Shown here: positions 1 to 9,292 of the stretch, piece by piece
How positions within the stretch are numbered: the first letter of the stretch is position 1
How the letters are laid out: each line of letters begins with the position of its first letter
IMG/VR virus record: IMGVR_UViG_3300037408_000289
Coordinates: 1 to 43,415 of that record
Length of the DNA stretch: 43,415 nt
Source of the DNA: a virus
Taxonomy: Duplodnaviria; Caudoviricetes
Direction: 5' to 3' (one strand)
The notes under the pieces: model-generated
The model's input: only the letters and a program-made list of their open reading frames with translations
Databases searched by the model: none
What the model was told of the DNA's origin: nothing
Made by a program: the position numbers and the translations under genes

Positions 1-145
1 GACCAGGTTGGCGGATCAGGATGTTCTGGCTTGGAGTAGTCAGGAGACGCAGGGTTCGTTCTGCGCGGTGGCTGTCATACCTAACGGAAATGAAGACCAG
101 GTTTGGGTAGTAGCCCAGAGGTCTACCGGCTATTCCGCGACTACG
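1..145. repeat. Terminal direct repeat, left copy (assembly overlap of a circular or terminally redundant phage genome)
   Basis: 1-145 matches 43271-43415 except C127/T43397 (synonymous ACC/ACT). Confidence 0.97.
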
Positions 146-730
146 ACTAATGGCTATGTTAAGACAGTAGAATATTTTAATCCTTTCATCTTGCCCGATA
201 CGCAAGCGGAAGGGTTCTTCGTTGACTGCGGGTTGTCTTATCTGGGAACCGGGACTTATGCCAGGACTGTCTCCGGGCTCAGTCACTTAAACTCCCGCAT
301 CGTCTCAGTACTGGGGGATGGGGCGGTATATCCTGACCAGATGGTTACAGGCGGGCAGATTACCTTGAGCAAATCCTGTAATATAATCCATGTCGGGCTT
401 GCATATACTTCAACAATCAAGACCTCGCGGTTAGAGTCAGGTTCGGTACAAGGCTCAAGCCAGGGGATAATCAAGCGGGTTTATTCTTCAATAGTAAGGT
501 TGTGGAGATCCTTAGGGTGTAATATCGGCAATGAGACTACCCAGGACATAATAAATTTCAGGGACTCAAGTGTCCCAATGGATGAAGCGACTCCATTATT
601 TACGGGGGATAAAGAGGTAGCCTTTCCGGCTGGATGGAATAAAAACGCGCAGGTGTTCATCACGCAAACACAACCTCTGCCCTTGAACATACTGGCGGTA
701 ATCAGTAAGGTCGAGGTTTCTCAGGAATAG
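1..730 (+). CDS. Tail tubular protein B / nozzle (T7 gp12, P22 gp10-like), C-terminal part of a gene that starts at 42000 and wraps through the join
   Basis: In frame with the ORF starting at 42000. Has motifs typical of this family (FFVDCG, GLSHL..V.VLGDG, VGLAYTS, PLFTGDK, QPLPLNILA). Confidence 0.85.
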   Translation, partial: TRLADQDVLAWSSQETQGSFCAVAVIPNGNEDQVWVVAQRSTGYSATTTNGYVKTVEYFNPFILPDTQAEGFFVDCGLSYLGTGTYARTVSGLSHLNSRIVSVLGDGAVYPDQMVTGGQITLSKSCNIIHVGLAYTSTIKTSRLESGSVQGSSQGIIKRVYSSIVRLWRSLGCNIGNETTQDIINFRDSSVPMDEATPLFTGDKEVAFPAGWNKNAQVFITQTQPLPLNILAVISKVEVSQE

Positions 731-738
731 GAGCTTAG

Positions 739-1293
739 ATGGCGAAAACTTCAATAGGTGTAGGTGGCGCTCTTAGCTTGGTGGGTTCTCTTCTCGATAT
801 GGGAACCTCTGTTTACGGCGGGATATTAAACAGCGGGATTAATAAAGCCAATGCTCAGCTTGCCCTCGCCCAGGGCAATTACGCCAGTTCAGTAGAAGAG
901 TATAACGCCTCAGTAGCAAGAGCGAACGCTATCGCCATAAGAGCTGTAGCCGACTTTGATATTGAGCGTCAGAAGAAAGCCGCCACACGTTTTAAATCAG
1001 GGCAGATAGCGGGTTACTCTAAAGCCGGCGTAAGGTTAGAGGGTTCTCCCGTAGAGGTGATGATTGATTCAGCGACTCAGGCTAAAATAGACATCGCAAT
1101 CACTGATTACAACGCCAAACAGGGTATAGCTACCGCGCAGTCAAGGGCGCAGCAGTTTGGGATATCCGGGCAGATACAAAAATCTAACTATAATACTCAA
1201 AGCAGCATATTCAAATCTGCCAGCAAGTCCGCGATATACGAGGGCATAGCAGGGGCTTTATCCAAAGGAACATCATTATTAAGTCTAAAGTAG
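739..1293 (+). CDS. Internal virion / ejection protein (small)
   Basis: Gly/Ala-rich N-terminus, AGYSKAGV..EGSP motif, position right after the nozzle gene, GGAG RBS. Confidence 0.65.
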   Translation: MAKTSIGVGGALSLVGSLLDMGTSVYGGILNSGINKANAQLALAQGNYASSVEEYNASVARANAIAIRAVADFDIERQKKAATRFKSGQIAGYSKAGVRLEGSPVEVMIDSATQAKIDIAITDYNAKQGIATAQSRAQQFGISGQIQKSNYNTQSSIFKSASKSAIYEGIAGALSKGTSLLSLK

Positions 1294-1300
1294 GAGCAAT

Positions 1301-2674
1301 ATGGCCAACATCCCACAATTTGTAAGCAAAGAAAACCTTACCACCAGCCCCGGAGCTGACTACCGGCAGGGAGAGAAAATCGGTATCACCCAGTCCACCG
1401 CAGGCGTAGACCGCACTATGGATATGGCTTCCCGCGCCTCGCAGCAACTCATCCTTTTAGGCGAGAAGATGACCGAGATAGACAACGCCAATTCCGAGAG
1501 CAAAGCGAAGATTGAGACTACTAAAGCCAAGCTTGCGTTCCGTGACAAGATTAACAAATCCCCTGACCCCGCTAAAGATATGGAAGGTTACGACGACTAC
1601 ATGAAGGCTACGGGTGAGAACGCGGGTAAGTTATTCCGGGATCAACAAGCTCGTCAGAAGTTCGCTCAAGATTGGGAGCTGGATACTTTAGTCGAAAAGT
1701 CTCAACTCCAGGGTATAGTCTATAAGAAACAGGTTGAGGAGAGAAAGGTAAATATACTTCAGGAACTTGAGCTAAAGAAGAGCGAATATAGGAATGCCCC
1801 CGATGAAGCAGCCCGCAATGCCGCAGTAAAGGGTATGGAAGAGATTATCAACAATAAGGCTAACTTAAGTATCTACGACCCCTTAGAGAGGAAAGAGCTT
1901 TTAGATAAGACTGTTAAAGACGCGCAGGATGATTTAAAAGACGCGGAGTCTTTGAGAAGGGTCAAGGAGAAAGAGTTTAAGGCAGCGCAGGACGCCGCGG
2001 TCAACGCCAGAGAAGATGAGTTTATCAAGATGAAGATTAACGGCAAGGATAGAAATGGCGTTCCTATTTCCAGAGAAGAACTGATTATAATAGCTAAGAA
2101 TGATATGGAGTCTGAGGCTATATCCTCTGATTTCGCTGATAAATATATCAACGCGCTTAAATCCCCGAAGGCGGTAACAGCCAGGACTGTGGATAAAGAC
2201 TTCGCGGATATTATATCGGAGATTAACAAAGGAACTAAACTTGAGAAGGTAAGGAAGGAATTATTAGATATGGCCTCCGACGGATATATAAGCGAGACTG
2301 ATTTCGCCGGGGCAACGGCATATATGGATATGGTCGGCGACAAAGAACCTGATGATTTAGTGGCTAAGAAAATCAGGTTTTCCTGGGGAGGGTTAGAGAT
2401 AGCCACGGAAGACACTACCGGGAAAGAAGAGTCAAGGTCAAGGATGAGCAGGACATTTATCAATAAACTACAGTCAGGTGTTGACCCCCAGGACGCTTCT
2501 GTCGAGGCGATGAGAGAGGAAGTCTTATATTTACATCCCGAGGCAAGGCTTAACCCCAATGGAATAGAGTATATGGATGATAAGGGAGTGTTGAAAGTTA
2601 TCATGCCTAACGGGGATGTAGTGGTCTCTCCGGCCAAGAAAACAGACACCAGGAAAAAAGATAAAACAGAATGA
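1301..2674 (+). CDS. Putative internal virion / ejection protein (helical)
   Basis: 457 aa, charged and coiled-coil-like, MANIP start, syntenic with podovirus ejection genes. Confidence 0.55.
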   Translation: MANIPQFVSKENLTTSPGADYRQGEKIGITQSTAGVDRTMDMASRASQQLILLGEKMTEIDNANSESKAKIETTKAKLAFRDKINKSPDPAKDMEGYDDYMKATGENAGKLFRDQQARQKFAQDWELDTLVEKSQLQGIVYKKQVEERKVNILQELELKKSEYRNAPDEAARNAAVKGMEEIINNKANLSIYDPLERKELLDKTVKDAQDDLKDAESLRRVKEKEFKAAQDAAVNAREDEFIKMKINGKDRNGVPISREELIIIAKNDMESEAISSDFADKYINALKSPKAVTARTVDKDFADIISEINKGTKLEKVRKELLDMASDGYISETDFAGATAYMDMVGDKEPDDLVAKKIRFSWGGLEIATEDTTGKEESRSRMSRTFINKLQSGVDPQDASVEAMREEVLYLHPEARLNPNGIEYMDDKGVLKVIMPNGDVVVSPAKKTDTRKKDKTE

Positions 2675-5600
2675 ACTTCGATTTAAAAACAGCCATAGCA
2701 GTCAGAGAGAGAGAGGACGGACTCTACGAGAAGGACACCTTTGACCTGACTACAGCCTGGCCGGTAGAGGAGAGCATATCTGCATCAGAGGATACACGTT
2801 ATCATCCCCTACTCACAGACGAACAACGCGCACAAGCGGTTGTTGAATTGACTTATAAAAATGCTGGGAAGAAAGTCCCGTTTATGACTAAAGTGGACTG
2901 GATGTTGACAAGCCCTGCTGCCAAGATGGCCACTTCAAATATATTGGGAGTTATTGCGACAGGTGGAATCATCCCTTTTTATAATATGGCTAAAGGAATA
3001 GCCAACGCAGCATCTCCTAACTCTGATATAGGCAAGATGGTTTTTGATAGTGCTTATAAAGGATTGGCCGAGAATGAAGAAGTTCAGAATCTGGGGGGTG
3101 CAGCTGCGAAGGCTTATCCCGATGCGCCCTGGCAGATTACGGGGGCTATGGGAGCGTTGGCAGAAGTCTTGATGTTTATGCCGGGAGTAGTTAAGGGAGT
3201 GGGAGAACTATTATCGAAGGATAAACAATTTACGATAGCCCTAAACAATGCAAGGCGAAGTCCGAAGTGGGGAGATTATATTGCAACAGTATCTAAAAAA
3301 GTCAATAAGCCAGTAGAAGTAGTGGATGAAGCACTTTATAGGAAACTTTGGGAAATCAGGGGAGAGACAAATTATTTCAAAATCTTGAATCACAACTTAA
3401 AGAACGCAACTGGGATGGATTTATTAAGCCAAGCGGGTTCAATCCCTATCTCAAGGGCAAAGGTAGGCCAATCAGTAAATTTTACTGATCCTCGGGGGTT
3501 AGTAAAATCGGGCATTATAAAAGAGATTACTGGGGAGAGGGCTATTATTAACTTAGAAGGTAAGGAAGTATTGGCTACCCTATCCCAACTCTCTTTACCT
3601 CCCACCCCCACAGAGGGGAAGGCAATACCCACCTTCAAAGAAGCAGATAAACTTCCCAAGGGTGGAGCAGTAGAAATGGATTTTAATAATTTACAAGTGG
3701 CTAATGCAAAAGTTATTGGGCATAGATTGGGAATATCACCAGAAAGTGTTTATAATTGGGGGCAAAAACATAATATTAATTTACAGAAGGATGTTGTCGG
3801 TAAAATAAAAGAAACTGAATTAACAGAGATGATTTTAGGTAATAAACCCCTCTCCCCCACAGGACAGAAGCCTCCGGTAGAGCCGCCTAAGACGGAGGTG
3901 AGCCCCGGAGAATTTGAGAACCCCAAGAAAAGCCGGATAGAAATAATCCAAGAAAAGATAGATACTCTTAAGTCTGCCGAAGAAAAATCCTCAATGGAAA
4001 AATCTATGGCTAAATACGCTTTAGAAGAAGGCCAGCAGATAGAGAATTTTGTCAAAGGCGATATCCGAGTTTATAAAGATGGACAACTTGCTGAAGAACT
4101 TAAGGAAATCCCCGCTAAATACCTCACCAAGAATGAGAACGCTATGGATGCGGGGGAGATGTTGGAAGCTGTAAATAACGCTAACTTAGGGGTACAATTT
4201 TCTAACCTGAGAGAGATGGCTGATTACTTAAAGAGATGGGATATAGAGAAAAAAGATTTGCAGAAGATGGCTTCCCAGAATATAGCCCAATGGACAGTTA
4301 AAAAAGAGACTACCCTCTTAGGGCAGAGGATAAAGGATTTGAAGTTAGGCTTTTATGAAGGGGCTATCAAAACTAAGGAACAGGTTAAATCCGCACAGGA
4401 AGAGTTAATAAATGTGCTGGAATCATCCGAATTGGAAGCTAAAGATAAGGCTAAGTTTATCCGCGCGATTAAGAATGTCCAGACCCCTGAACAACTTGAA
4501 AAAGCGTTACCGGAAATAACTGAAAGAATAGAGGGGTTGAGAGGAGCGGCCGAACGCCGGGCTTTAATAAATGAGATCAAGGATAAAATAAGCCAGGCTA
4601 AAGACTCAGGTGTGATTGCGGTAGATTACGCCCAGGCGATAGAAGATACTATCAATGGGCTTGAGTTAAAGGGCAGAAAAGAGGCGACCTTAACCAGCCT
4701 TGAGAAGAGCAAGCAATTCTTTGAATCTGAAGTTGCGGCAGGCAGAGATGTGACTATTCCTTCAAAACTATTTGAGAAACTTAAGATACTTGAAAAGAAG
4801 CAACTTGCTGATATAACTACCGAAGAATTGCAAGGTGTATTAGACAGCATAAATCGGTTAGAACAATTAGGCAGGACTAAACTTAAAGCCAGAGAAGCGG
4901 TATATCAGGCTAAGAAAGACAGGATTAAATCCGAACTTATTGCCGAGAAAGGTTCTATCGAGTCCGCAAAACTGCCTAAAGTCCCGATCGGAGACAGCCC
5001 GAATGAATGGGTAAAAAGAGCTATCACCTTACAGAACTACGCACAGAAGACCGGGGTAGGACTTACTCCTATTGATGGGTTAGCTGATATCACCGGGATG
5101 AGGGGAATGAAGAAAGCGCTGGATGCGGATTATGGTAAATATCTTACTTATAACGATGAGGTTATTAAGCAATGGTATGAGTTGACTAAAGGTTTCTCCC
5201 AGAAAGAGTTTGAACGTATTGGTGTCGTGGCGGCTTCAAGGCAGGAAGGCGGTATAGAAAGGCTCGCCAATTCGGGGATTAGTGCGGAAGAGATAAACGC
5301 GATTAAGTTAACTCCGGAAGAAGAAAAAGTCTACCGTTTTGTAGTAGATACTTTTGATAAAGAATTTCCTGCTGTTCAGCAATATATGAAAGAAGTCTAT
5401 AATGCTGACGTAGGGAAACAAGAAAACTATGTATCTTTCCTGTCTGATTATGAAGCGATGAGTGATCTGGAAGTATATCAGAAATTCGGACAAACCCCGG
5501 AACAGATTATCGCGCGCAAGACTAAGACCGTAGAGCAAGGATTTACCAAAGAACGTGCTAATGTAAGCAATATAAAACTTGAGACTAATATAGACAAAAT

Positions 5601-6813
5601 CTTCCGCAGGCACATGGACGATGTGGCTTATATGCTTACCACCGGAGAGAATATCAAGATGTATTTTGAGATAGTCAACTCTCCTGAGATGAGGGAAAAG
5701 TTAGGCGATACCGGGACACTTGCCTGGTTACAATGGCTTGATTTAATGGCTCGTAAGGGCGGGATAGATGGGGCGAAAAGGATTGCGGCTTTGGATGTTA
5801 TACGCAAGAACATCGGAGCCGGTGTATTATCATTTAGATTATCTTCAGCGCTTGTGCAGTTTTCTTCATTTGCCGATACAATAGCTACAATCGGTTCGGA
5901 ATGGGCTACCAAAGGTGCGGTCAATATCTCTACTTCCCCAGAGTGGCGTAATTTTATTATAGATAATTTCCCTGAAGTAGCGAAGGCTATCGGCGATGAT
6001 ATTGCCTTCCGGGAATTTGGCGAAAGATTTATGTCTAACCTCACAAGGATAGGTACTACCCCATTAAGAGTGTTAGACGGGTTAATGCGTTCAGTGGCGG
6101 CAAGCGGTTCTTATACTAAATTATGCTCTGAAAAAGGCATTGCGGTTGACCTTAAAAATCCTGATGAGGATTTAATCCTCGAGGCTACAAGGTTAATGCG
6201 TAATAGCCAGGGGTCGTCTTTCTTCAAGGATCAACCTCTTGCCATTACGGCGGGATATGGCATAACTGATAATCGTTCTGTAAATAAGTTAATACTTACT
6301 TTCCAATCCTTTATGCTCAACCGATGGGATAATATTAACCGGCAGATATGGAGAATGGGGATTAAGGAAAAAGATTATGGCAAGGCTATTTCTTCCGTAT
6401 TCTGGTTATTGATTTTCGCTGGGGCGGTGGAAGAAGGGATCCGCAGGGGGTCAAGAAAACTATTGGGGTTATTAGCTAAAGATAAGAGAAAAGAACAAAA
6501 CTTTATCTCTAATTCAATATTGAATATAATCCAAAGCGTTCCCCTTCTTGGTCAGTTAGTTTCTTCGATTGTCTATTCTTCCAATCCATTCCCGGTAATA
6601 AATGCTTTGGAGGATTTATTGGGGGGAGCCGGTAGTGTGGTGAAAGGAAAGAAAAAAGAAACTAAGATAAAGGGTGCGATAAGGACAGTTGGCGCATTGG
6701 GTTCATTATTCGGAGTTCCAGGAAGTTCTCAAGCGGAACAAATATTAAGAAAGACAATACCAAAAGAAGATAACCCCAGTAGAGGCAGAGGGAGCAGAAG
6801 GAGAAGACGATGA
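2671..6813 (+). CDS. Large internal virion / DNA-ejection protein
   Basis: 1380 aa, mostly helical, hydrophobic C-terminal segments, third ejection-gene position, ATGA overlaps at both ends. Confidence 0.6.
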   Translation: MNFDLKTAIAVREREDGLYEKDTFDLTTAWPVEESISASEDTRYHPLLTDEQRAQAVVELTYKNAGKKVPFMTKVDWMLTSPAAKMATSNILGVIATGGIIPFYNMAKGIANAASPNSDIGKMVFDSAYKGLAENEEVQNLGGAAAKAYPDAPWQITGAMGALAEVLMFMPGVVKGVGELLSKDKQFTIALNNARRSPKWGDYIATVSKKVNKPVEVVDEALYRKLWEIRGETNYFKILNHNLKNATGMDLLSQAGSIPISRAKVGQSVNFTDPRGLVKSGIIKEITGERAIINLEGKEVLATLSQLSLPPTPTEGKAIPTFKEADKLPKGGAVEMDFNNLQVANAKVIGHRLGISPESVYNWGQKHNINLQKDVVGKIKETELTEMILGNKPLSPTGQKPPVEPPKTEVSPGEFENPKKSRIEIIQEKIDTLKSAEEKSSMEKSMAKYALEEGQQIENFVKGDIRVYKDGQLAEELKEIPAKYLTKNENAMDAGEMLEAVNNANLGVQFSNLREMADYLKRWDIEKKDLQKMASQNIAQWTVKKETTLLGQRIKDLKLGFYEGAIKTKEQVKSAQEELINVLESSELEAKDKAKFIRAIKNVQTPEQLEKALPEITERIEGLRGAAERRALINEIKDKISQAKDSGVIAVDYAQAIEDTINGLELKGRKEATLTSLEKSKQFFESEVAAGRDVTIPSKLFEKLKILEKKQLADITTEELQGVLDSINRLEQLGRTKLKAREAVYQAKKDRIKSELIAEKGSIESAKLPKVPIGDSPNEWVKRAITLQNYAQKTGVGLTPIDGLADITGMRGMKKALDADYGKYLTYNDEVIKQWYELTKGFSQKEFERIGVVAASRQEGGIERLANSGISAEEINAIKLTPEEEKVYRFVVDTFDKEFPAVQQYMKEVYNADVGKQENYVSFLSDYEAMSDLEVYQKFGQTPEQIIARKTKTVEQGFTKERANVSNIKLETNIDKIFRRHMDDVAYMLTTGENIKMYFEIVNSPEMREKLGDTGTLAWLQWLDLMARKGGIDGAKRIAALDVIRKNIGAGVLSFRLSSALVQFSSFADTIATIGSEWATKGAVNISTSPEWRNFIIDNFPEVAKAIGDDIAFREFGERFMSNLTRIGTTPLRVLDGLMRSVAASGSYTKLCSEKGIAVDLKNPDEDLILEATRLMRNSQGSSFFKDQPLAITAGYGITDNRSVNKLILTFQSFMLNRWDNINRQIWRMGIKEKDYGKAISSVFWLLIFAGAVEEGIRRGSRKLLGLLAKDKRKEQNFISNSILNIIQSVPLLGQLVSSIVYSSNPFPVINALEDLLGGAGSVVKGKKKETKIKGAIRTVGALGSLFGVPGSSQAEQILRKTIPKEDNPSRGRGSRRRRR

Positions 6814-7727
6814 GCATCTCAAGCGTTACCAGTAAAGTTATTTATGTCGGCACAGGATCAACCGCAGCATCAGCCAAGGTGTTCGCTTACCCGTTTAGGA
6901 TATTAGCTGAGGCGGACTTAGTGGTAAGCGAGTATGCGACGCTTACTTCCTCACTGACTACCAAGACCTTAAACTCTGATTATGTAGTTTCCGGCGTGGG
7001 TGTGTCCGGAGGGGGGAACGTAACCCTGACCGGAAGCTATACTTCCCTGTCTACCTACTCACAGTTAGTCATTCAGAGGGTTATGGACTTGACCCAAGAG
7101 ACCGATTACGTGGCAAATGACGCCTTCCCGGCTGAGACCCACGAACAAGCTTTGGATAAGCTGACTATGATTACCCAACAGCTCCAGGAACAGTTAGACC
7201 GGGCAGTCCTGGCTGAAGTTACGCAAACTACTACGAGCATAAGTTACATTATTAGTACCGTCAACACGAACGCCCAAGCGGCGGCTTCTTCGGCTGCGGT
7301 AGCGGTAAGTTCGGTCGATGCAGCTGCGAGTTCGGCCGCTGTAGCTGTAAGTTCGGCCGCAGTAGCTGTTGCAAGCACTGCGAGGTTCCTGAGAGTTACT
7401 TTGGTAGACCCTTATTCAATATACACAAAGACACCCACAGTTTGTTTATTGGAAAGTTTGAACTCCGCTATAACGATTAGTAACTTGCAGGTTACCTGCG
7501 ACGCTGACCCGACGACAGAAATAGCCGGGGATATCAAGTATGCTAACACTTTCATCGGGACAGCCTCTCCGACACTAATATCCGCTTTTGATACCACAGC
7601 AGGTATATTAAGAAGCACGATGTCAGTCAGCGTGGCGGCCGGAAAGTGTATCTATATGGCATTTGACTCGCAGCCATCAACGGCTATAACTCAGGTTAAC
7701 CTTAATCTGCGGTATCAATACGATTAG
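6810..7727 (+). CDS. Tail fibre protein with a T7 gp17-like N-terminal attachment domain
   Basis: F.YPF.I....DL.V, L.IQR...LTQETDY...F.AETHE.ALDKLTMI.QQ pattern, then AAASSAAVAVSS repeats. Confidence 0.8.
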   Translation: MSISSVTSKVIYVGTGSTAASAKVFAYPFRILAEADLVVSEYATLTSSLTTKTLNSDYVVSGVGVSGGGNVTLTGSYTSLSTYSQLVIQRVMDLTQETDYVANDAFPAETHEQALDKLTMITQQLQEQLDRAVLAEVTQTTTSISYIISTVNTNAQAAASSAAVAVSSVDAAASSAAVAVSSAAVAVASTARFLRVTLVDPYSIYTKTPTVCLLESLNSAITISNLQVTCDADPTTEIAGDIKYANTFIGTASPTLISAFDTTAGILRSTMSVSVAAGKCIYMAFDSQPSTAITQVNLNLRYQYD

Positions 7728-7735
7728 GAGACAAA

Positions 7736-8713
7736 ATGACTGAATTAGATTATATGGAATATTCCAGTTATGCCGCAGCGCAGGCGGCGTATGTCACCAG
7801 CGATACTACGGGTTCTGCGGTTATCACGCAGGATAGCGCGGATGACCAGAATAATATTTTTGGAAGTGGAGGAACAGAAGAAGAAGCCGCCCAATCATTC
7901 ACTCCTGCTACGGCTATAAACTGCTCTAGCGTGCAGATATATCTTGAGAAGGTGCTTTCTCCGACAGATGACATCACGGTTAGGATTGAGACTAATAATG
8001 CCGGTGTTCCGTCGGGGACTTTAGTTAACGCAAATGCTACTAAAACCATTGCGACTGCTTCATTATCAGACGGATATAATAGTTTTGCATTCCCAGCTTC
8101 TTTTATTCTAGCCGCTTCTGTTGTGTATCATATTGTATGCAAAAGGTCTGGGTCAAGAGATGCGACTAATTATTGGAGATGGACACTTCTGGTTGATACT
8201 AATCCCTACGCTGATGGAAACGCCTCTCGGTTAAATAGCGGGACATGGAGCGCGCAAGCGAACCACGACCACAGATTTAAGGTTTATTCTAAGTCTCTGC
8301 AATGCTACGCTGATGCTGTAGTCAAGACGCAGGGTAGTTACTCTCTCAAGGGCTATGCTTTAGTAACCTCCAGCCTTAATGAAACGCTTACCGGCACGCT
8401 GAGCTCTGCGGCCGATCTTACTGATATGAATATTATTAGGTTGGATTTAAGGGCAACAAGGACTGGTGCGAATATAAAAATCGGCATCCACGATAGTGGG
8501 GGGACGACTACCGAACTCACCCCCACAATTTCCTCTGCCAGTACCTACGAAACCCAAAGCTGGGATATATCAGGGGTAGCGAACGCGGATAAGGATGATA
8601 TAGACCAGGTTATTATAACAATAGTTAACGCGGATGCTGCGAATACTTTCTATCTGGATAATATGTATGGTGATAATGTTCGAGGGAAAGTAATCTTTAT
8701 AGGTGATAATTGA
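7736..8713 (+). CDS. Virion-associated beta-sandwich / tail-fibre accessory protein
   Basis: Ser/Thr-rich, AQSFT and V.IET...G.PSGT motifs, C-terminal carbohydrate-binding-like FYLDN, tail module context. Confidence 0.5.
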   Translation: MTELDYMEYSSYAAAQAAYVTSDTTGSAVITQDSADDQNNIFGSGGTEEEAAQSFTPATAINCSSVQIYLEKVLSPTDDITVRIETNNAGVPSGTLVNANATKTIATASLSDGYNSFAFPASFILAASVVYHIVCKRSGSRDATNYWRWTLLVDTNPYADGNASRLNSGTWSAQANHDHRFKVYSKSLQCYADAVVKTQGSYSLKGYALVTSSLNETLTGTLSSAADLTDMNIIRLDLRATRTGANIKIGIHDSGGTTTELTPTISSASTYETQSWDISGVANADKDDIDQVIITIVNADAANTFYLDNMYGDNVRGKVIFIGDN

Positions 8714-8898
8714 CGAGCGAAGAGAAAGTTTTAGCAGAGATTAAAGAACGCATTACCGAACTCTTTACCAAGATAGCCGAGTTAAAGGTTGCCGAGGAAG
8801 AGAGGAAGGCATTTGAACACGAAAAGAGCCTTTATCAGATAAAGATAGACGATTACAAAAAGCATAGAGACGCGTTACTAAAGAGGGAAAATGGCTAA
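8710..8898 (+). CDS. Small coiled-coil hypothetical protein
   Basis: Overlaps both neighbours, AGGTG RBS. Confidence 0.5.
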   Translation: MTSEEKVLAEIKERITELFTKIAELKVAEEERKAFEHEKSLYQIKIDDYKKHRDALLKRENG

Positions 8899-9292
8899 AC
8901 AAGAATTTCTAGCTCCTATGATACATGGGATATCTAGCTTGCAGACTCTGGTATCTTACAACTCAACCGTATACACCGACAGCTTCGTACTTACCAGAAA
9001 AAACTTCTTCGGTATAGAGGTTCAATTCTCAAGCGATACTGATGTCAATGTCCAAGTAGACCTAGAGCAGTCAAACTATAGGGAAGCCGTGCAGGGATCG
9101 TATTCCGCTGACTTCGTTACCGCGATAGACTCTCTGGCTACCATAACGGATGAGAACGTGCATTTATTACCAGTTGCCCCAGTCGTGGCAATCTACGCCC
9201 GGCTGAAACTGACAGGCCTCTATACGGGTTTAGCCAGCAATTCAGCCACTACCGTATTAACCCGGGCTAACTGGTGTGAGGTTGAAGCGTAA
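8891..9292 (+). CDS. Hypothetical beta-rich virion protein
   Basis: 133 aa, alternating beta pattern, loosely resembles 36511-36948. Confidence 0.5.
   Translation: MAKQEFLAPMIHGISSLQTLVSYNSTVYTDSFVLTRKNFFGIEVQFSSDTDVNVQVDLEQSNYREAVQGSYSADFVTAIDSLATITDENVHLLPVAPVVAIYARLKLTGLYTGLASNSATTVLTRANWCEVEA

Noticed and set aside
1-145. T7-type physical terminal repeats
   Set aside because: The repeat lies mid-gene and is more simply explained as assembly overlap. The single synonymous mismatch suggests strain variation.
8-730. Independent 240-aa gene starting at TTG 8
   Set aside because: It is the C-terminus of the gene that starts at 42000.
1873-2649. Long minus-strand ORF (258 aa) and the other minus-strand ORFs in the track
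   Set aside because: They are Ser/Leu-rich antisense shadows of + strand genes, with no motifs or RBS.
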